Below, one piece after another: positions 62,401 through 64,000 of a DNA stretch of 64,000 nt (position 1 is its first letter; every line of letters begins with the position of its first letter). The stretch is from an uncultured Verrucomicrobiae bacterium (GTDB lineage: Bacteria; Verrucomicrobiota; Verrucomicrobiia; Verrucomicrobiales; Akkermansiaceae): contig CAWENZ010000052.1 in the NCBI GenBank assembly GCA_963810445.1, positions 257 through 64,256 of the forward strand, given 5' to 3'. The notes under the pieces were generated by a model. It searched no databases. It was given only the letters and a program-made list of their open reading frames with translations, and was not told the DNA's origin. The translations under genes were made by a program, and so were the position numbers.

Positions 62401-64000
62401 CCGCCGCACCTTATCCTCGCATCTCGGCATCCGGCCCCGCCATCACTCCGGTGATCACCAGCGCCCCAACAGCAGCCGGATCCGCAGGCACGGCATTCAC
62501 CTATCAGATCACCGCGTCGAATGTCCCGACATCCTACAATGCGGCCGGATTGCCCGGCGGACTCACCGTCAATACCACCACCGGTGCCATCACCGGCACT
62601 CCCACGGCGCCAGGAACCTTCAATGCCACAATCTCCGCCTCAAACACCGCGGGGACTGGCACCGCGCCGCTCACTCTCACCATCAATCCGGGAAGCGGCA
62701 CCAATCTCCTGAATGAGAACTTCGTCTCGATCACAACCGGGAGCAGCACCAACGGCGCGGATTCGGGCATCTCATGGACCGGCAATACCAATTTCCCCAC
62801 CGTTTCCGCGGCCTATCAGGCGGGCGGAGCCGTAAGGATTGGTGCCAGCGGAAACATCGGCTCGATCACCAGCAAAACCCTCAACCTGAGCCCCAACTCG
62901 GGCAATTTCCTCGTCAGCTTCAAGGTCAAGGGATGGACCACTGTCGAAGGCAATATCAAGGTGACGGTGACCGGCCTGACACCTCAAACTGTTACATACT
63001 CCAGCACGATGGCGGACAGTTTCGAAACAAAAACGCTGTCATTCTCCGGCGGCCAGGCGAACTCGACCATCAAGTTTGAAACCACGGCCAAGCGCGCTTT
63101 CCTGGACGACATCCTGGTCTATTACACCGCCGCCACGACGACTCCCGTGATCGGCACCTCCGGCAGCCTAACCGCCGTGAGCACGACTTATGGCGTCGCT
63201 TCCCCGACGACTGCAACCTTCAACGTTTCCGGGACGGACCTGACGGCCGGCGTGCTGGTGACACCGCCCGCCGGCTTCGAGGTTTCCCTAACCGAATCCT
63301 CCGCCTACTCGTCCACGGTAACGATTCCGGCGTCGGGCACTCTTGCCAGCACCGCCGTTTTCCTCAGGCTGGCGGCGGGCACCACCGCGGGCTTCTACTC
63401 CGGCAATGTGGTTTGCACCAGCACGGGCGCGGTTCCAGTGAATGTCCCAACCTCCACCAGCGAGGTGCGCTTGAAATTGCTGACCATCACCGCGAACAAC
63501 CTGAGCAAGACATTCGGAACTTCGCTGGTGCTCGGATCCGGACAAACGGCATTCACCTCCAGCGGACTCGTCGGCTCCGAAAGCATCGGCTCCGTCACCC
63601 TGACCGCGAGCGGAGGCACGGCACCTAACGACTCCACCGGTGGCTACTCCCTCACACCAAGCCTCGCCACCGGAGGAACTTTCGATCCCGGCAACTACGA
63701 TCTCGACTATGTCGCCGGAACCCTGACCGTCACCAGCCCCATGTATTCCGACTGGCTTGCGAACTACTCCGTCGGTGCGCTCACCGGCCTGAATGACGAT
63801 GCCGACCAGGACGGGCTCCCTAACGGAATCGAGAACATCCTTGGCACCGCTCCCGACGCGTCGAACACGGGATTGTCCCTCGTTTCAGCGACCGGAAACA
63901 AGCTGGTCTTCCGCCACACACGGTCCAACACCCCCGCCGACGACCTGACAGCGAGCTATGAGTGGTCATCCGACCTACGAACATGGCTCCCGTCGGCCGC
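59436..64000 (+). CDS. Large secreted S8 subtilase with Ig-like, IPT, lamin-tail-like and MBG-like domains (3'-truncated by the window)
   Basis: Catalytic motifs VWDGG, HATHVAGT, AAGN, GTSMATP, IKPD; ISQIYGAGG..DYVELYN; ATG 59436 is in frame with YEWSSDLRTW at the window end. Confidence 0.9.
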   Translation, partial: MRFPVPLRRVAIVATLILLVSLGLIWQLRVSSHSEADRSTPSAGEFAENSNVADDIAGKKSAGDSTKDQETQPPAASVASSTLPDNTPPTSSAPMNVPAGNGPPEISTRAIAAKGRTVAQILQDADMTDPDTRARVVAEMRLLEESQKLAVETKANELGIPLRIEGPGHKLSTLYDIRDGKPLYRTTLNANAAISSGANLLSPSPYSLNGSGIRVGVWDGGSVRSSHQELTGRATKKNASAAEDDHATHVAGTIGASGVQPAAKGMAPQINIDSYDWNSDYAEMAAAATTSAGDATGLPLSNHSYGYNAVTADMGRYEAEAAAVDAVAASLPYYLPFWAAGNEQDTLTAKGGYQSITFNGLAKNLMTIGAVDDAVTSGVRDPAKGLIAYFSSLGPCDDGRIKPDIVANGINLYSSVATSNTSYDGTYSGTSMATPNALGSASLLVQLYAREFSGQRMRASTLKALLIHTADDIGTTGPDYKYGWGLINVKKAADLVLAHKASLAAPKMIEGSITTAASTKTHTFTWDGVSPIRATVCWTDPAGTEQTGADSRTANLKNNLDAKITAPNGTTIYQPYVMPFVGTWTTASMASAATTGKNNVDNVEQVYLAAPSQAGNYTVTVSLSGALTGGSQVYSLIISGSTDVESNPPPTIVLTSPAVGSSFLSGVPVTVSATAADVALGGAPGTVSQVEFFNGTTSIGVDTTAPYSLNWSPPASGTYTITAKATDSEGVSATSTAAVITVLSGDGTPVISSFTPTGGPGGSLVVLTGSNFVNVTSVKFNGTDAVFTVDSSNQVTVTVPALATSGTISVVNSYGTGTSVGSFTVEVAPVLISQIYGAGGNSGATYKQDYVELYNRGTSTVSVAGWSVQYASSSGTTWQAVTLSGSIAPGKYYLVGLGGGSSGTTLPTPDASGSIAMSATTGKIALRNNATALTGSSPLGVSGVQDFVGFGTANAFEGAKAPAPSTTTAIFRTGGGATDTNNNADDFTAAAPYPRISASGPAITPVITSAPTAAGSAGTAFTYQITASNVPTSYNAAGLPGGLTVNTTTGAITGTPTAPGTFNATISASNTAGTGTAPLTLTINPGSGTNLLNENFVSITTGSSTNGADSGISWTGNTNFPTVSAAYQAGGAVRIGASGNIGSITSKTLNLSPNSGNFLVSFKVKGWTTVEGNIKVTVTGLTPQTVTYSSTMADSFETKTLSFSGGQANSTIKFETTAKRAFLDDILVYYTAATTTPVIGTSGSLTAVSTTYGVASPTTATFNVSGTDLTAGVLVTPPAGFEVSLTESSAYSSTVTIPASGTLASTAVFLRLAAGTTAGFYSGNVVCTSTGAVPVNVPTSTSEVRLKLLTITANNLSKTFGTSLVLGSGQTAFTSSGLVGSESIGSVTLTASGGTAPNDSTGGYSLTPSLATGGTFDPGNYDLDYVAGTLTVTSPMYSDWLANYSVGALTGLNDDADQDGLPNGIENILGTAPDASNTGLSLVSATGNKLVFRHTRSNTPADDLTASYEWSSDLRTWLPSA

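Noticed and set aside
676-63630. GTTAG sites as integron attC/attI cores, Chi sites or telomeric repeats
   Set aside because: Mostly intragenic, not paired into attC stems, no consistent GTTRRRY ending, no integrase in the window, no strand polarity and not tandem.
60123-63637. Many antisense and alternative-frame ORFs over the S8 protease (and other long genes)
   Set aside because: Shadow ORFs expected in GC-rich DNA; the + strand frame from 59436 carries all the recognisable motifs.

Overview
GC-rich bacterial chromosome window; gene content and protein styles suggest Verrucomicrobiota (Luteolibacter/Haloferula-like; inferred, not verified). Left to right: a frameshifted metzincin-tipped protein with an overlapping partner gene; a 3' fragment of a family II pyrophosphatase gene; a rearranged potassium-uptake locus (kdpB-A-C-[Y1 transposase with 88-bp inverted ends + (TGGGCT)15]-kdpD-E); tag, tRNA-His, rnc, mpl; two MsbA-like ABC transporters; a coiled-coil gene pair; rlmH, tsaB, smpB, rpoZ; an urea ABC locus (urtBCDE-porin-urtA) with two sigma-54-type promoters; a group II intron inserted in a REP doublet inside a MITE-like element; an RND efflux operon; bcp; a secreted metallophosphoesterase; sufU; an IorAB-XdhC-MocA molybdoenzyme operon; recR; and a large S8 protease running off the end. 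Many genes carry single-base frameshifts, most likely assembly errors. Most notable: (1) the pentamer GTTAG/CTAAC is strongly enriched window-wide, apparently through rare Leu codons; (2) the intron's candidate EBS1 matches a repeated REP end; (3) a G-quadruplex-type hexamer array abuts a Y1-transposase end inside the K+ operon; (4) four unrelated secreted proteins share a C-terminal module that may be a sorting signal. Product calls come from motif recognition by eye; no searches were run and counts are manual.
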